Positions 31,401 to 41,606 of a stretch of DNA of 64,000 nucleotides are shown one piece after another. The notes under the pieces are model-generated. The model was not told the origin of the DNA. It saw nothing but the letters and a program-made list of their open reading frames with translations, and did not search any database. How positions within the stretch are numbered: position 1 is the stretch's first letter; each line of letters starts with the position of its first letter. This DNA is from an uncultured bacterium (GTDB lineage: Bacteria > Zixibacteria > MSB-5A5 > JAABVY01 > JAHJOQ01): assembly GCA_965369655.1 (NCBI GenBank), contig CBDUQR010000012.1, positions 1 through 64,000 on the forward strand, in the 5' to 3' direction. The position numbers and the translations under genes were made by a program.

Positions 31401-32798
31401 ATGGCATTGATGTTGACCAACACCCTGACTCGACGTAAAGAAGAATTCAAGCCGCTCGATCCGGATCATGTCCGGGTGTACACATGCGGCCCGACTGTCT
31501 ATGATTTCGCTCACATCGGAAACTTCCGCGCATACACTTTCGAGGACATACTCTGCCGATATCTGAGGTTCAAGGGGTACAAAGTCACACAGATCATGAA
31601 CCTGACAGACATCGACGACAAGACGATACGAGGCTGCCAGGAGGAATCGATCTCGCTCGATGAGTATACTGCGCGATATAAGAAGGCGTTCTTTGAAGAC
31701 CTGGATGCTCTGAGAATCGTGCGTGCGGAAGTCTATCCCGAAGCAACCACGCACATCGACGAGATGGTCGCGATGATCAAGACGCTGATGGAGAAGGGAT
31801 TTGCGTACGAATCCGGTGGATCGATCTATTTCAGCATTGCGAAATTCCCTGAGTATGGCAGGCTCTCGCACATGGACCTTTCTCAACTGAAATCAGGCGT
31901 GCGAGTAGCCAGTGACGAGTATGAGAAAGATCAGGCGTCCGATTTTGCCTTGTGGAAGGGTTGGGAGGAAGCCGACGGTCCGGTCTTTTGGGAGACTGAT
32001 CTCGGCAAGGGACGTCCCGGCTGGCATATCGAGTGCTCGGCTATGTCGACGAAGTATCTCGGCACGCATTTCGATATTCACTGCGGAGGAGTCGACAATA
32101 TTTTTCCCCATCACGAAAATGAAATCGCGCAGACTGTTGCAGCCACAGGGGACAAGTTTGTCAACTACTGGATGCACAACGAGTATCTGATTGTCGAAGG
32201 CCGGAAGATGTCCAAGTCGTATGGCAATTACTATACCCTTCGACAAATACTGGAGAAGGGCTATCCTGCGGTTGCGGTCAGGTATCTTCTGATGGCGACT
32301 CACTACCGCCAGCAGCTTAATTTCACGTTCGGTGGACTCGACGCCGCAAAGGCTGCAATTGAGCGCCTCCAGGACTTCATGGATTCGATGTCATCGATCA
32401 AGGACGGCTCGCCGAATCCAGCAGTTGACGGACTGATCGACGCTGCTGTCGCGAAGTTTGAACGATCTATGGACAACGACCTGAATGTATCGCCTGCGCT
32501 TGCCGCTGTTTTCGACTTCGTGCGGGATATCAACAGGCTCGCTCATGATGGCAACCTCTCCGCCGCCGACGCTTCGAGAGTGATCGACGCCATGAACCGG
32601 TTCGATTCCGTGCTCGGCGTTATCGAGAAGGAATCCGTCGACATCGACAGCGAGATAGGGGAGATGATCGCGAAACGAATCGAGGCGAGGAAGAGTCGGG
32701 ATTTCGCTTTGTCCGACAAGATCAGGGATGATCTCCTCGCCCGTGGTATCATCCTCGAAGATACTCCCGACGGGACGAAGTGGAAAAAGAAGCTGTGA
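31401..32798 (+). CDS. cysS: Cysteine--tRNA ligase
   Basis: CGPTVY, HIGN, GRPGWHIECS, FPHHENE, KMSKS. Confidence 0.98.
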   Translation: MALMLTNTLTRRKEEFKPLDPDHVRVYTCGPTVYDFAHIGNFRAYTFEDILCRYLRFKGYKVTQIMNLTDIDDKTIRGCQEESISLDEYTARYKKAFFEDLDALRIVRAEVYPEATTHIDEMVAMIKTLMEKGFAYESGGSIYFSIAKFPEYGRLSHMDLSQLKSGVRVASDEYEKDQASDFALWKGWEEADGPVFWETDLGKGRPGWHIECSAMSTKYLGTHFDIHCGGVDNIFPHHENEIAQTVAATGDKFVNYWMHNEYLIVEGRKMSKSYGNYYTLRQILEKGYPAVAVRYLLMATHYRQQLNFTFGGLDAAKAAIERLQDFMDSMSSIKDGSPNPAVDGLIDAAVAKFERSMDNDLNVSPALAAVFDFVRDINRLAHDGNLSAADASRVIDAMNRFDSVLGVIEKESVDIDSEIGEMIAKRIEARKSRDFALSDKIRDDLLARGIILEDTPDGTKWKKKL

Positions 32799-32816
32799 GT
32801 GTTGGCACTCGAGTTA

Positions 32817-34175
32817 TCAGAAATCGATGTTCTTATCTGACATGGCTGCCGCCATTCCAAGAGTGACCCAGAAGTAATTTGCTGTCGATCCGGATCCGAA
32901 TATCGGACCTGTCTCGAACATGGAGTTCAGCAGGCTGCCCGCGATAACTGCGATTATCATCGAGAACAGGAGTCTGTGGCTTCTTTTCGTCGATCTCTGC
33001 CGACACTTGATCGGCAGCCTGAACAGGTTGAAGTAAACAATGGTCATCAGGATCAGCCCGGGAATGCCTGCGCTGACGGCGATGTGCACGTAGAAATTGT
33101 GAGCACCATAGACTTTATTGGAACCCATAGTCATAGCCTCTGAGACACCTGTCCAGGTCGCTTTCTCCCGCACATCCTCGGTGTGAACGACAAATCCATG
33201 CCCGAGTATCGGATTCTTCGCGACAGCATGCATCCCGTGCTCCCATAGTATGGACCTTCGCGTTAATCCAAACTGGAGTCTGGAGAGATCGGAGAACTGC
33301 GTGAAGATATCCGATGAGGACAGGATTACAATCGCCGATATTGTCAACATCCCCAGCAGGATAAACAGAAGTTTTCGGTTTTCCAGGATCAGGAACACAA
33401 TGATGATGCCGAATGCAGCCAGGATTGATGCGCGCGACCAACTCATCAGCAGTGTTGCCGCACCCATTGCCAGACCGAGCGCAAGGAATATCCTCACAGA
33501 GATATATCTGTATACAATCATGGCTATTAGAAGAACAGGCAGACAGAATATCATGAGAATCCCGAGCGAGTTGGGATTGTCCAGGAAACCCGAAGCTCTT
33601 CCGAAATGACCGCTCAGAACACCTGCGAATGAAAAGATCGAGGTGGTGAAGACCACCACCAGGATGATGCCGATAATTATCCGAACGTGCGAAGTTCTTG
33701 TGATAGTATACCGTGCCACAAGAAAAAGAAACGGCAGAGTCGCAAGCCTGAGAAGCGCTGCAAGGCTCTCGAACGGCCTGATTGCGAAGATTGTGCAGAC
33801 CAATCCCCACAGTATGAATGCGAGAACTGATTTTTCAATTGCGCCGAACTTTATGTCGATCCTCTCGCTCCTGCTGAGTATTCTTACTGTAGTGACCCAC
33901 AAGAGTGCAAGCAGAACCAGCCACTTTGTGAGACGTAAGGTGTCGAAGTCAATACCAGGAATCGATGAAATGTGCGAAATGAGTGTGACACAGAGAACCA
34001 GACCAATTTGTGAGAAGGCGAGGATTCCCAGAACGACAGTGCCAACGATCGCTGCGATTCCGTAGTATGTGCCTGCCAGAGAAAGGATCGAGATCACAGC
34101 CGTGTCAACCACCGCGACTGCTGATACAATGACCTTTTTGGGGATGAATGCGCTATTGTAGGAGGGCACCGCCAT
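32817..34175 (-). CDS. O-antigen ligase / Wzy-like polymerase
   Basis: Polytopic; RASGF.NPN, SWSRA, R..LW, PILGHG, AHNFY. Confidence 0.88.
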   Translation of the reverse strand: MAVPSYNSAFIPKKVIVSAVAVVDTAVISILSLAGTYYGIAAIVGTVVLGILAFSQIGLVLCVTLISHISSIPGIDFDTLRLTKWLVLLALLWVTTVRILSRSERIDIKFGAIEKSVLAFILWGLVCTIFAIRPFESLAALLRLATLPFLFLVARYTITRTSHVRIIIGIILVVVFTTSIFSFAGVLSGHFGRASGFLDNPNSLGILMIFCLPVLLIAMIVYRYISVRIFLALGLAMGAATLLMSWSRASILAAFGIIIVFLILENRKLLFILLGMLTISAIVILSSSDIFTQFSDLSRLQFGLTRRSILWEHGMHAVAKNPILGHGFVVHTEDVREKATWTGVSEAMTMGSNKVYGAHNFYVHIAVSAGIPGLILMTIVYFNLFRLPIKCRQRSTKRSHRLLFSMIIAVIAGSLLNSMFETGPIFGSGSTANYFWVTLGMAAAMSDKNIDF

Positions 34176-34191
34176 AGGGTTTGAACCGCTG

Positions 34192-35370
34192 TTATCCGAG
34201 CGGTTTCTTCCTGAGTTCGGTTGCTATATCACGGGCACGTTGAAGAGCGAGTGAGCCTTCTCCGGACTGGATTCGCTCGTACCAAAGGACAAGAAGTATC
34301 GAGAGGAAGAAGCTTAGCAGCAGCGCGGATGCGATTATGAGCAACCGGCGCGGGCTGTATGGTTCCTGTGGGGGCTTGGCAATATCGAGCACATTGATAA
34401 CAGGCATGTCCCGTCGTTCCTGTATCCGCGACATTTCTAACTGTTGGGCAATAATCTCATAGATCAGTTCCTGAATCTTGACATTTCGTTTCAGAACCGC
34501 GAACCGGAGACTGAGATCAGGAATCTTTGCGAGCGGAATATCCAGTGCAGAGATCACAGAATCCGACTTTGTCTCGGCACCCATTTCAATCTCTTTGAGT
34601 TTCCGACGAGTTTCGACAATTGTCCTCTGTTTTCGCAGTAAATCCGGGTGATCGGGACGCAACGATTTCTTTAGGATTTCGAGTTGAATCTCAGCGCTTG
34701 TGAGCTCAGCCTTATGCTGTGTGAGGTTATCGATAAGCGCTGCCGACTGAAGTTCGAGCGAGATCGCCATATTCTCTTCCTGAAACCGGCGCAATTCATC
34801 GGAGGCGTTCTGCAGTTCAAGCTCTGTATCTACAAGACGTCGGGTCAGAAAATCAACGTGCTGGCCACTCTTCCTCCTCTGTATGCTAATATTGAGAGTG
34901 TTCAATTCCTCAATCATCATGTTGGCGATTTCCGCAGCTCGTTCGGGGTTGCGGTCATCGATTTCCACCACGATGATACCGTCAGGCTCGACCTTCACTG
35001 ACTGATGCAACCTGAGTTCAGTGATAGCCTGCGAAGTAGTTTTGGTCTTATAGACTGCCACAAGATCAAGCGAATCCACGACGTGCTCCAGCACGGCATC
35101 GGATTCCAACATACTCGCGTATAGATCAGACGGTGAAGCCAACACCGGAAGGTTGAAACTCGTCACGGCCTGGGCAATTTGGGCTACTGACAAATCGCTG
35201 AAAGCGCTAAATCCCGACTGCGATTCCGGCGGAAGAATCGTGGTCCTGCTCTTGTACTCGCTCGGCAGTAAGAAACAGATGATCGCTACAAGGATTGTCA
35301 CCGCAAGCGTATTCAGGATGATGAACTTGCGGCGCTTTACTACTGTGTCGAGAAAATCAATAAACCACAT
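34192..35370 (-). CDS. Wzz/GumC-like polysaccharide co-polymerase
   Basis: Two terminal TMs, coiled coil, HPD motif, VLDIAKPP..PYSPRR. Confidence 0.87.
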   Translation of the reverse strand: MWFIDFLDTVVKRRKFIILNTLAVTILVAIICFLLPSEYKSRTTILPPESQSGFSAFSDLSVAQIAQAVTSFNLPVLASPSDLYASMLESDAVLEHVVDSLDLVAVYKTKTTSQAITELRLHQSVKVEPDGIIVVEIDDRNPERAAEIANMMIEELNTLNISIQRRKSGQHVDFLTRRLVDTELELQNASDELRRFQEENMAISLELQSAALIDNLTQHKAELTSAEIQLEILKKSLRPDHPDLLRKQRTIVETRRKLKEIEMGAETKSDSVISALDIPLAKIPDLSLRFAVLKRNVKIQELIYEIIAQQLEMSRIQERRDMPVINVLDIAKPPQEPYSPRRLLIIASALLLSFFLSILLVLWYERIQSGEGSLALQRARDIATELRKKPLG

Positions 35371-35418
35371 ATAACATTCCAATCCGTAAGAGGCACATAA
35401 TACCCCCGGGCAATATCT

Positions 35419-35622
35419 TTGTCAATGGCAATCCCGAATTCGATTTTTTACTGGGTCCGGGAGGAGCCGGGGAACATGGGTACCTGGCCGTTTGTCAGTC
35501 GCAAGTTCTCTCGATTCAACCTGAAGATCATAACCCGTCGCGAGAGTTGCAGCCCGGCGACTGCATATCAAAACCTGCACAAAGCTGAACAAAGGGATAT
35601 TGTCGAGCGGGCATTCGCCTAG
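35419..35622 (+). pseudogene. Orphan C-terminal fragment of 2-oxoglutarate dehydrogenase E1 (SucA-like)
   Basis: WVREEPGNMGTW...RRESCSPATA...HKAEQ..IVERAF matches the SucA C-terminus; only 67 codons. Confidence 0.7.
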
Positions 35623-35656
35623 CGATAGGGTGCTGACGGGAGCGAGTCAGGTGAAT

Positions 35657-35860
35657 TGAGGCTGTTCCGGAAAATCAGTTTCGCAAGGTCTTGCCGACGA
35701 TGGAGTCGTCGGTGTGACCTTGCGATCTTGTACTAACTGTTGCCTGACACAGATTCCATTAACCGGCAGTTCATCGGTCGCTGATCCCGATCCCCGAGGG
35801 ACACGCCCGCCTTTGGCGGCCGCAAGAACTACCGGAACGGGTACTTTGGGGACGGCCTTA
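35657..35860. mobile_element. MITE-like palindromic element
   Basis: Imperfect terminal inverted repeats TGAGGCTGTTCCGGAAAA / (rc) TAAGGCCGTCCCCAAAG; long internal hairpin TCGCAAGGTC...GACCTTGCGA. Confidence 0.45.
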
Positions 35861-36044
35861 ATTTTTCAGTCTTCTTCTCAGAGATCGATCATTATCCCAC
35901 ACATCGGACCTGACACCTTTGTGTTTCTGGTTGACACCTCGTTGAGCCATACATAAAATATCCTGTGTTACAGGCATGAGTCTGGCTTGACTTGTTACGA
36001 ACCATGGAACGGAATAGAGTACCTCAAGATAAGGAGAAATCGAG

Positions 36045-37118
36045 ATGATGGAATTCAGCGAGATTCAGAAGTTGCTCGGGAATGAAGCCGACGACCTGCT
36101 GAGTTACACCTGCAAGGGAGTTGCAGCCGATCAGCTTAATTCACCCGGCCCCGACTGGCTGGATAGAGTTCATGTGAACTCTGACCGCCCGATTCCGGTA
36201 CTGAGAAGCCTCAGCGCGCTGTTCAACCACGGGAATCTCGCCGGCACCGGATATGTCTCTATACTCCCGGTCGATCAGGGTATCGAGCACGCCGGAGGCG
36301 CGTCGTTTGCACCTAACCCGATCTATTTTGATCCTGAGAACATTGTGAAACTCGCGATTGAGGGTGGATGCAACGGCTTCGCGTCGACCCTCGGCGTGCT
36401 CGGAAGTATCGCGCGGAAGTATGCGCACAAGATTCCGCTTATCGTCAAGATCAATCATAATGAGATGTTGACATATCCGGACAAATATGACCAGATACTT
36501 TTTGCATCTGTGGATCAGGCTAAGGATCTCGGCGCAGTCGCAGTCGGCGCCACGATCTACTACGGCGCGCCGGAGTGCGGCAGGCAGATTCAGGAGATCA
36601 CGCAGGCTTTCGAGTATGCTCACCAGCTCGGCATGATGACAATCCTCTGGTGTTACCTGCGTAACGATGCTTTCAAGATCGATGGCAAGGACTATCACAC
36701 GAGCGCCGACATGACAGGCCAGGCGAACCATCTCGGCGTAACTATCGAGGCGGACATCATCAAGCAGAAACAGCCGACGATCAATCGCGGGTACGCGGCG
36801 ATGAATGCCGGAGACAAGTCGTTCGGCAAGTACAACAAGGACATGTACGACACGATATGTCGCGATCATCCTATCGAGATGACACGCTACCAGGTTATCA
36901 ATTGCTACATGGGGAGAGCGGGACTCATAAACTCCGGCGGGTCATCCGGCGACAACGATCTCGCACAGGCGGTACGCACGGCAGTCATCAACAAACGCGC
37001 CGGGGGCATGGGGCTGATCAGCGGACGCAAGGCGTTCCAGAAGCCGATGGATGAAGGCGTCAAGCTGCTCAATGCGATTCAGTCGGTCTATCTGAACAAG
37101 GAGATTGGTCTGGCATAA
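36045..37118 (+). CDS. fbaB: Class I fructose-bisphosphate aldolase
   Basis: [42 protein letters not shown]. Confidence 0.95.
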   Translation: MMEFSEIQKLLGNEADDLLSYTCKGVAADQLNSPGPDWLDRVHVNSDRPIPVLRSLSALFNHGNLAGTGYVSILPVDQGIEHAGGASFAPNPIYFDPENIVKLAIEGGCNGFASTLGVLGSIARKYAHKIPLIVKINHNEMLTYPDKYDQILFASVDQAKDLGAVAVGATIYYGAPECGRQIQEITQAFEYAHQLGMMTILWCYLRNDAFKIDGKDYHTSADMTGQANHLGVTIEADIIKQKQPTINRGYAAMNAGDKSFGKYNKDMYDTICRDHPIEMTRYQVINCYMGRAGLINSGGSSGDNDLAQAVRTAVINKRAGGMGLISGRKAFQKPMDEGVKLLNAIQSVYLNKEIGLA

Positions 37119-37209
37119 CGAAAGCACGGAGACCTGGATTGATGACGCCGAGTTCTCGAATCTGGAAGACTATTAGTCTGGCTTATCGTGGAAACAAAAC
37201 GGAGATGGA

Positions 37210-37241
37210 GCGGCGTCTCGATTGAGGCGCCGCCTGTTTTT
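37210..37241 (+). terminator. Intrinsic terminator after fbaB
   Basis: GCGGCGTCTC-GATT-GAGGCGCCGC followed by CTGTTTTT. Confidence 0.65.
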
Positions 37242-37255
37242 ATAACGGTACGGAG

Positions 37256-37849
37256 GTGACTGCTTTGGCATGGATCAGGCAGGTGAGTGAGGCAGAGGCC
37301 GAAGGAAAACTCGGTAAGGTTTATGTCGCGCTCGAACGCGCACGCGGGAAGGTCTCGAATATAATGAAAGTTCAAAGTCTCGATCCCGATGCGATGGAAG
37401 CGCATCTTCGGCTCTACTCGCGGCTCATGTTCACCGAATCAGGCGTGTCGCGCGATGAGGCCGAGATGATCGCGATCGCCGTCTCACAGACGAACCGCTG
37501 CGAATACTGCGTGAAGCATCACGCCGAAGCGCTCGCTGCGCTGTGGAATGACAAAGAAAAAATAGCGCGATTTCTCGATGATCCTGACGATGCGGACATT
37601 TCCACAAAGCAGCGCGCTGTTCTGGAATATGCGAGGAAGCTCACAGCTACTCCGCATGAAGTCTCAAAGAAAGACGTCGAGTCGCTTCGAGATGAAAGTA
37701 TCTCAGATGCAGAGATTCTAAGGATCAATATGATCGTCAGCTACTTCAATTTCGTAAACAGAATTGCTGTCGGGCTCGGCGTCGATTTCAGCGAAGACGA
37801 AATGACGGGATACAAATACGACAGCGCGCGAAAACTGGGAGGTGAGTAA
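37256..37849 (+). CDS. AhpD-like peroxidase-related enzyme
   Basis: EMIAIAVS..NRCEYCVKHH, YFNFVNRI. Confidence 0.9.
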   Translation: MTALAWIRQVSEAEAEGKLGKVYVALERARGKVSNIMKVQSLDPDAMEAHLRLYSRLMFTESGVSRDEAEMIAIAVSQTNRCEYCVKHHAEALAALWNDKEKIARFLDDPDDADISTKQRAVLEYARKLTATPHEVSKKDVESLRDESISDAEILRINMIVSYFNFVNRIAVGLGVDFSEDEMTGYKYDSARKLGGE

Positions 37850-38207
37850 GGTGCCGCTATCTGACAAAGCAAGGGAATTCAGGGAAGCTCGCGAACGTCT
37901 CAATGAAATCGTCCTGAATGAGGGCGGCCTGACGATAAAGAGGTTTTTCAATCTCGATACGCAGGCGTATGAAGAAGGTGCGCTGTCCGTGAAATCGAAG
38001 GAGCTTCTCGGGCTCGTGGCATCGCTCGTGCTCAGGTGCGACGATTGTATTATGTACCATCTGTTGCGGTGCTACGAAGAGGGCGTCACGGATCAGGAAT
38101 TCAAGGAGACCATGAGCATCGGGCTGGTCGTTGGCGGATCGATCACGATTCCGCACATCAGACAAGCATTCAAAGAGTGGGTAGATATGAAGGATGCACA
38201 AGGTTGA
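37842..38207 (+). CDS. Carboxymuconolactone decarboxylase family protein
   Basis: KELLGLVASLVLRCDDCI.YH, VGGSITIPH. Confidence 0.9.
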   Translation: MSKVPLSDKAREFREARERLNEIVLNEGGLTIKRFFNLDTQAYEEGALSVKSKELLGLVASLVLRCDDCIMYHLLRCYEEGVTDQEFKETMSIGLVVGGSITIPHIRQAFKEWVDMKDAQG

Positions 38208-38212
38208 TTGTG

Positions 38213-38335
38213 TCGTTGTGTCTGGTCTTGATCCCGCGTGAACGGGATTGTGACCTGACACGTCAAATCATGTTAGACAACGGCGGCAGGTCACACGAAT
38301 CCGCTTGCACGAATTCGCAAGACCCGCCGTAACGA
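38213..38335. repeat. ~120-bp palindromic dispersed repeat, copy 2
   Basis: Aligns with 294-415, with compensatory stem changes. Confidence 0.85.
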
Positions 38336-38387
38336 TGTAAGACGAATAGCACTCCGTCGGGCAACTTCGAACTGCAAGGATGATATA

Positions 38388-38867
38388 GTGAGCGACATCA
38401 ATGAGATGAAAGAACTCTGCGACAGATTGCTAACGCAGATTGGCGAACTTGTTGAAGCATCAATGCCGACTTCGGAGAAGTTGCAGTCTATCTGCGAAAT
38501 GCTACAGGAGCTGGTTCCTCACTACGACTGGGTCGGTTTCTACATCGTCGACAGGGAGAATCTGCGGGAACTCGTTCTTGGACCATTTACCGGTGAACCG
38601 ACCGAGCATGTTCGGATACCGTTCGGGAAAGGCATTTGTGGACAGGCTGCTGAGACAGGAGAAGTGTTCGTTGTACAGGACGTCGCGAAAGAGGGCAATT
38701 ACCTGGCGTGCAGTTTGCATGTGAAATCGGAGATCGTAGTGCCGGTTTTCAGGGGCGGCAAACTTGTCGGCGAACTGGATATAGACTCTCATCAGCCTGA
38801 GGCATTCACGCCTGAAGATACCGGATTGCTCCAGAAGGTCGCCGATATGGCTGGCAAATTGTTGTGA
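38388..38867 (+). CDS. GAF-domain protein (MsrC / free Met-R-sulfoxide reductase-like)
   Basis: WVGFY, LGPF.G, IPFGKGICG, YLAC, SEIVVP, LDIDS. Confidence 0.9.
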   Translation: MSDINEMKELCDRLLTQIGELVEASMPTSEKLQSICEMLQELVPHYDWVGFYIVDRENLRELVLGPFTGEPTEHVRIPFGKGICGQAAETGEVFVVQDVAKEGNYLACSLHVKSEIVVPVFRGGKLVGELDIDSHQPEAFTPEDTGLLQKVADMAGKLL

Positions 38868-38918
38868 AGAGTATTACTATATTTTCGTCGAAATAGAAAT
38901 TCTGACAGGAGGAGGATC

Positions 38919-39767
38919 GTGATGAAAAGGATTTTGCTGGCTCTGTTCGCAGTCGCGGCGATGTTGTTCGCCGGGTGCATCGACTATCAGGAGACCATAA
39001 CTCTCAACGATGATGGGTCAGGAACCATCAAGTTCCACTACGGCATCGACAAGATGATGATGCAGCAGATGGACAGTCTTTCATCGAGCTTCGGTGATGC
39101 AGGTGCGTCACCCGGAGGCATGGATGAGGATATTTGGACTAAAGAAGAAATCGAGACAGCCCTGAAGAAAGAGCACCCGGGAATCAAGCTTGTCGACTAT
39201 CGCGAGTTAGAGGATGAGGACTGGAAAATATGGGAACTCGAATTTACGTTTGAGAGTCTCGATAAGTTCGAAGCTTTCTCAACGGTGATGGATTCGGTAA
39301 AAGAAGAAGCGAAAGAAAGCGAGGCGGACCGGACCTATGTCAGGCAGGATGACGGCTTATGGCTGTTTACCCACAGATTCCACAGCGCCGATGATTCGGA
39401 CATGATAGCTCCTCCGATGGATTTGCCTGATTTCGATATACAGGGGACTACGGGCGAATCAAAAGATCAGCCTGTCGATGAATCGTCCGGCGAAGATTCA
39501 GAGGCTGCCGTCGAGTCCGATGATACGACTGGTTCTGAGCAGGGATTAGAGGAGTTCGGCGACGCCATGACAGGTCTCACAGAAGGCATGGGTTCGATGA
39601 TGTCGAGTATCGGAAAGGCGAAGGTGCGAATCTCCGTGACGTTCCCGGGTGAGATCGTCGAAACCAATGCGACGAGTACCGAAGGAAAGACAGCGATCTG
39701 GGAGTATTCGGGAATGGGACTGATGAACGCCAGTTCTTCCGACATGACAGCTAAGATTCGACAGTAG
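38919..39767 (+). CDS. Lipoprotein (LppM-like)
   Basis: Lipobox FAGC; ITLNDDGSG; VTFPGEIVETNAT. Confidence 0.75.
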   Translation: MMKRILLALFAVAAMLFAGCIDYQETITLNDDGSGTIKFHYGIDKMMMQQMDSLSSSFGDAGASPGGMDEDIWTKEEIETALKKEHPGIKLVDYRELEDEDWKIWELEFTFESLDKFEAFSTVMDSVKEEAKESEADRTYVRQDDGLWLFTHRFHSADDSDMIAPPMDLPDFDIQGTTGESKDQPVDESSGEDSEAAVESDDTTGSEQGLEEFGDAMTGLTEGMGSMMSSIGKAKVRISVTFPGEIVETNATSTEGKTAIWEYSGMGLMNASSSDMTAKIRQ

Positions 39768-39771
39768 TTGA

Positions 39772-39820
39772 AAAGAAAAATGCGAAGCGAGGGTGAGATC
39801 CACTCGCTTCGCACTCTTTT
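39772..39820. terminator. Bidirectional intrinsic terminator
   Basis: AAAGAAAAA-TGCGAAGCGAG...CTCGCTTCGCA-CTCTTTT; the T-tract is strongest on the minus strand. Confidence 0.8.
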
Positions 39821-39995
39821 GTCGTACCGGCTTCACTGTTGTCGATCGATAAGAGAGCCCCCCTGTCGCGAGGGCTCCCGTTGACTGAACTAACGCGCCC
39901 AGAAGCCAATCAATTGCAGGCTGCTGTTCTATTGATTGTGAGTGCAAACCTAAACAGCAGCCTGCTATCTATATGAAAAGGCAACCATCCGCACT
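39772..39995 (-). ncRNA. Candidate sigma54-dependent small RNA (~220 nt)
   Basis: -24/-12 element upstream, 13-bp perfect stem (39916-39928 / 39953-39965), second hairpin ~39855-39877, minus-strand terminator; no credible ORF. Confidence 0.4.
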
Positions 39996-40005
39996 TGTAT
40001 AGAGT

Positions 40006-40021
40006 AACAAAGCTCGTGCCA
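40006..40021 (-). promoter_or_regulatory. Sigma54 (-24/-12) promoter
   Basis: TGGCACG-AGCT-TTGT, one mismatch to TGGCACG-N4-TTGC. Confidence 0.6.
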
Positions 40022-40298
40022 ATAGAACTTGGAGCCATTGCAAGCCTGTAACCTGTTGTCCCATCGTCGATAATCATCTCAGCCCAATATAGACTTACAA
40101 GCGTGCGCCGCAATTCCTGCGCCACATATTATGCTTCCATTGCGCGTTCTTTTCGTAACTGCGTGAGATTCAGTCCGTTGCGAAAGTTCGCACATGCTGC
40201 GGTGAAAGTTGCGATTCTGCGAAATCGCTACATCGACGCAGGTGTGTCGGACAAGGATCGCGGTCTATGAAAGCACAAATGACATTTGGGGAGAATCT

Positions 40299-41591
40299 AT
40301 GCTGAAAACTCTCAGACAGTTTGCAGGCCAGATTGGAATTCTCAGGAGCGCCGGGATGAATCGCGGTGGACGGGCTGCTCTCAGAGGAGGGTTCGCGTCG
40401 AGTCCGGCATCCAAACGCGCGGCTCCGACAGGTGAGTACCAGTTGCTCTTTCCGACCGGCGTTGACGCACACGAAGCGAGAGTGCGTCTGTATCGTTTTC
40501 TGAGGAGCCATGTGCCTGTGCTGAATGCGGCGGTCTGGACATGGGTGAAGATGGCATCCGCCGAGCTGTCATATCGGGTTTTCGATCATGACGGGCAGGA
40601 AATCACCTCCCATGAAATCCGGTCGGTCGTCGACAATCTCGGATGCAGGCTCTATGAGAATCGCTACCAGAAATTCGGTGGCCTCGATGCGCTGATGATA
40701 GAGTTCTTCAACACGCTGTTCACCACTGGTTCTGTTTGCGGAGAGCTTCTCGTCGATTCGCACGGCCTGATGGTCGATCGATTCTATTTCATTGATCCGG
40801 CGACGATCCGGTTTCGTCTCGACAACGACGGCGACTGGAACATGCATCAGGAAGTCGAAGGCGAGAAGATCGATCTGCAGCAACCGACCACGTATTACTA
40901 CGGGATGGACAGCAATTCTGTGGAGCCGTGGGGGGTGTCGCTTCTGGGTGCGGTGCCGTTTGCCGCTCGTGTTGAACAAGCGCTCGTAACTGACATGAAC
41001 AGCAGCATGCACAACGCGGGCTATCATCGAATCCATGTGACAATCAAACCTCCGGATCGTCTTCCCGGTGAGGATGAGGAAGCTTATGTCTCGCGGGCGA
41101 ATGAGTATTTCGACGAGACTGTCAAGATGGTGCGGCAGTTCGACCCGGACGACAACCCTGTAACATGGAACGACGTTCAGATCGACTACATCGGACCGGC
41201 ATCGAAAATATCATCTTCGTCGTCGTGGTATCTCAATCACAAGGCGGTTCTCGAAGACATCTGCGCAGGCACGCATCTGGCACCGTTCATGCTCGGATAC
41301 TCGTACGGCGCGACGCATACCTGGGCGGAGTTTAACTTCGAGCTGATGCAGAGACAGTTGCGGACGATACAGAGCGCCGCGATCAGTTTCCTGCGATGGA
41401 TCACCGACGTGGAGTTCGCATTGAAAGGTATCGATGCGGTCTGCCGTTGGGAATTCGCTGGTTCGATAGATGTTGGACTGCTCGACAGGCGGCGTGCAGA
41501 GTCGATTCAGATCGACAATGTTCTCAAGAAACTCGATGCGAAATTGATAGACAGAGAAGCCGCACGAATTCAACTCGGCTGCGACGGTTAG
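40299..41591 (+). CDS. Phage portal protein
   Basis: ~430 aa; LYRFLR..VPVLNAA, GE, FIDPATIRF, PWGVSLL, PFMLG; adjacent to TerL; RBS GGGAG. Confidence 0.78.
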   Translation: MLKTLRQFAGQIGILRSAGMNRGGRAALRGGFASSPASKRAAPTGEYQLLFPTGVDAHEARVRLYRFLRSHVPVLNAAVWTWVKMASAELSYRVFDHDGQEITSHEIRSVVDNLGCRLYENRYQKFGGLDALMIEFFNTLFTTGSVCGELLVDSHGLMVDRFYFIDPATIRFRLDNDGDWNMHQEVEGEKIDLQQPTTYYYGMDSNSVEPWGVSLLGAVPFAARVEQALVTDMNSSMHNAGYHRIHVTIKPPDRLPGEDEEAYVSRANEYFDETVKMVRQFDPDDNPVTWNDVQIDYIGPASKISSSSSWYLNHKAVLEDICAGTHLAPFMLGYSYGATHTWAEFNFELMQRQLRTIQSAAISFLRWITDVEFALKGIDAVCRWEFAGSIDVGLLDRRRAESIQIDNVLKKLDAKLIDREAARIQLGCDG

Positions 41592-41606
41592 TGTCGCTCG
41601 GACGGG

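Noticed and set aside
35620-35860. Known structured RNA (6S, SRP, riboswitch)
   Set aside because: No diagnostic motifs recognised; the hairpins and ends resemble the window's repeat elements.
39910-40125. 71-aa minus-strand ORF upstream of the portal gene
   Set aside because: No RBS or motif, and it spans the sigma54 element and hairpins.
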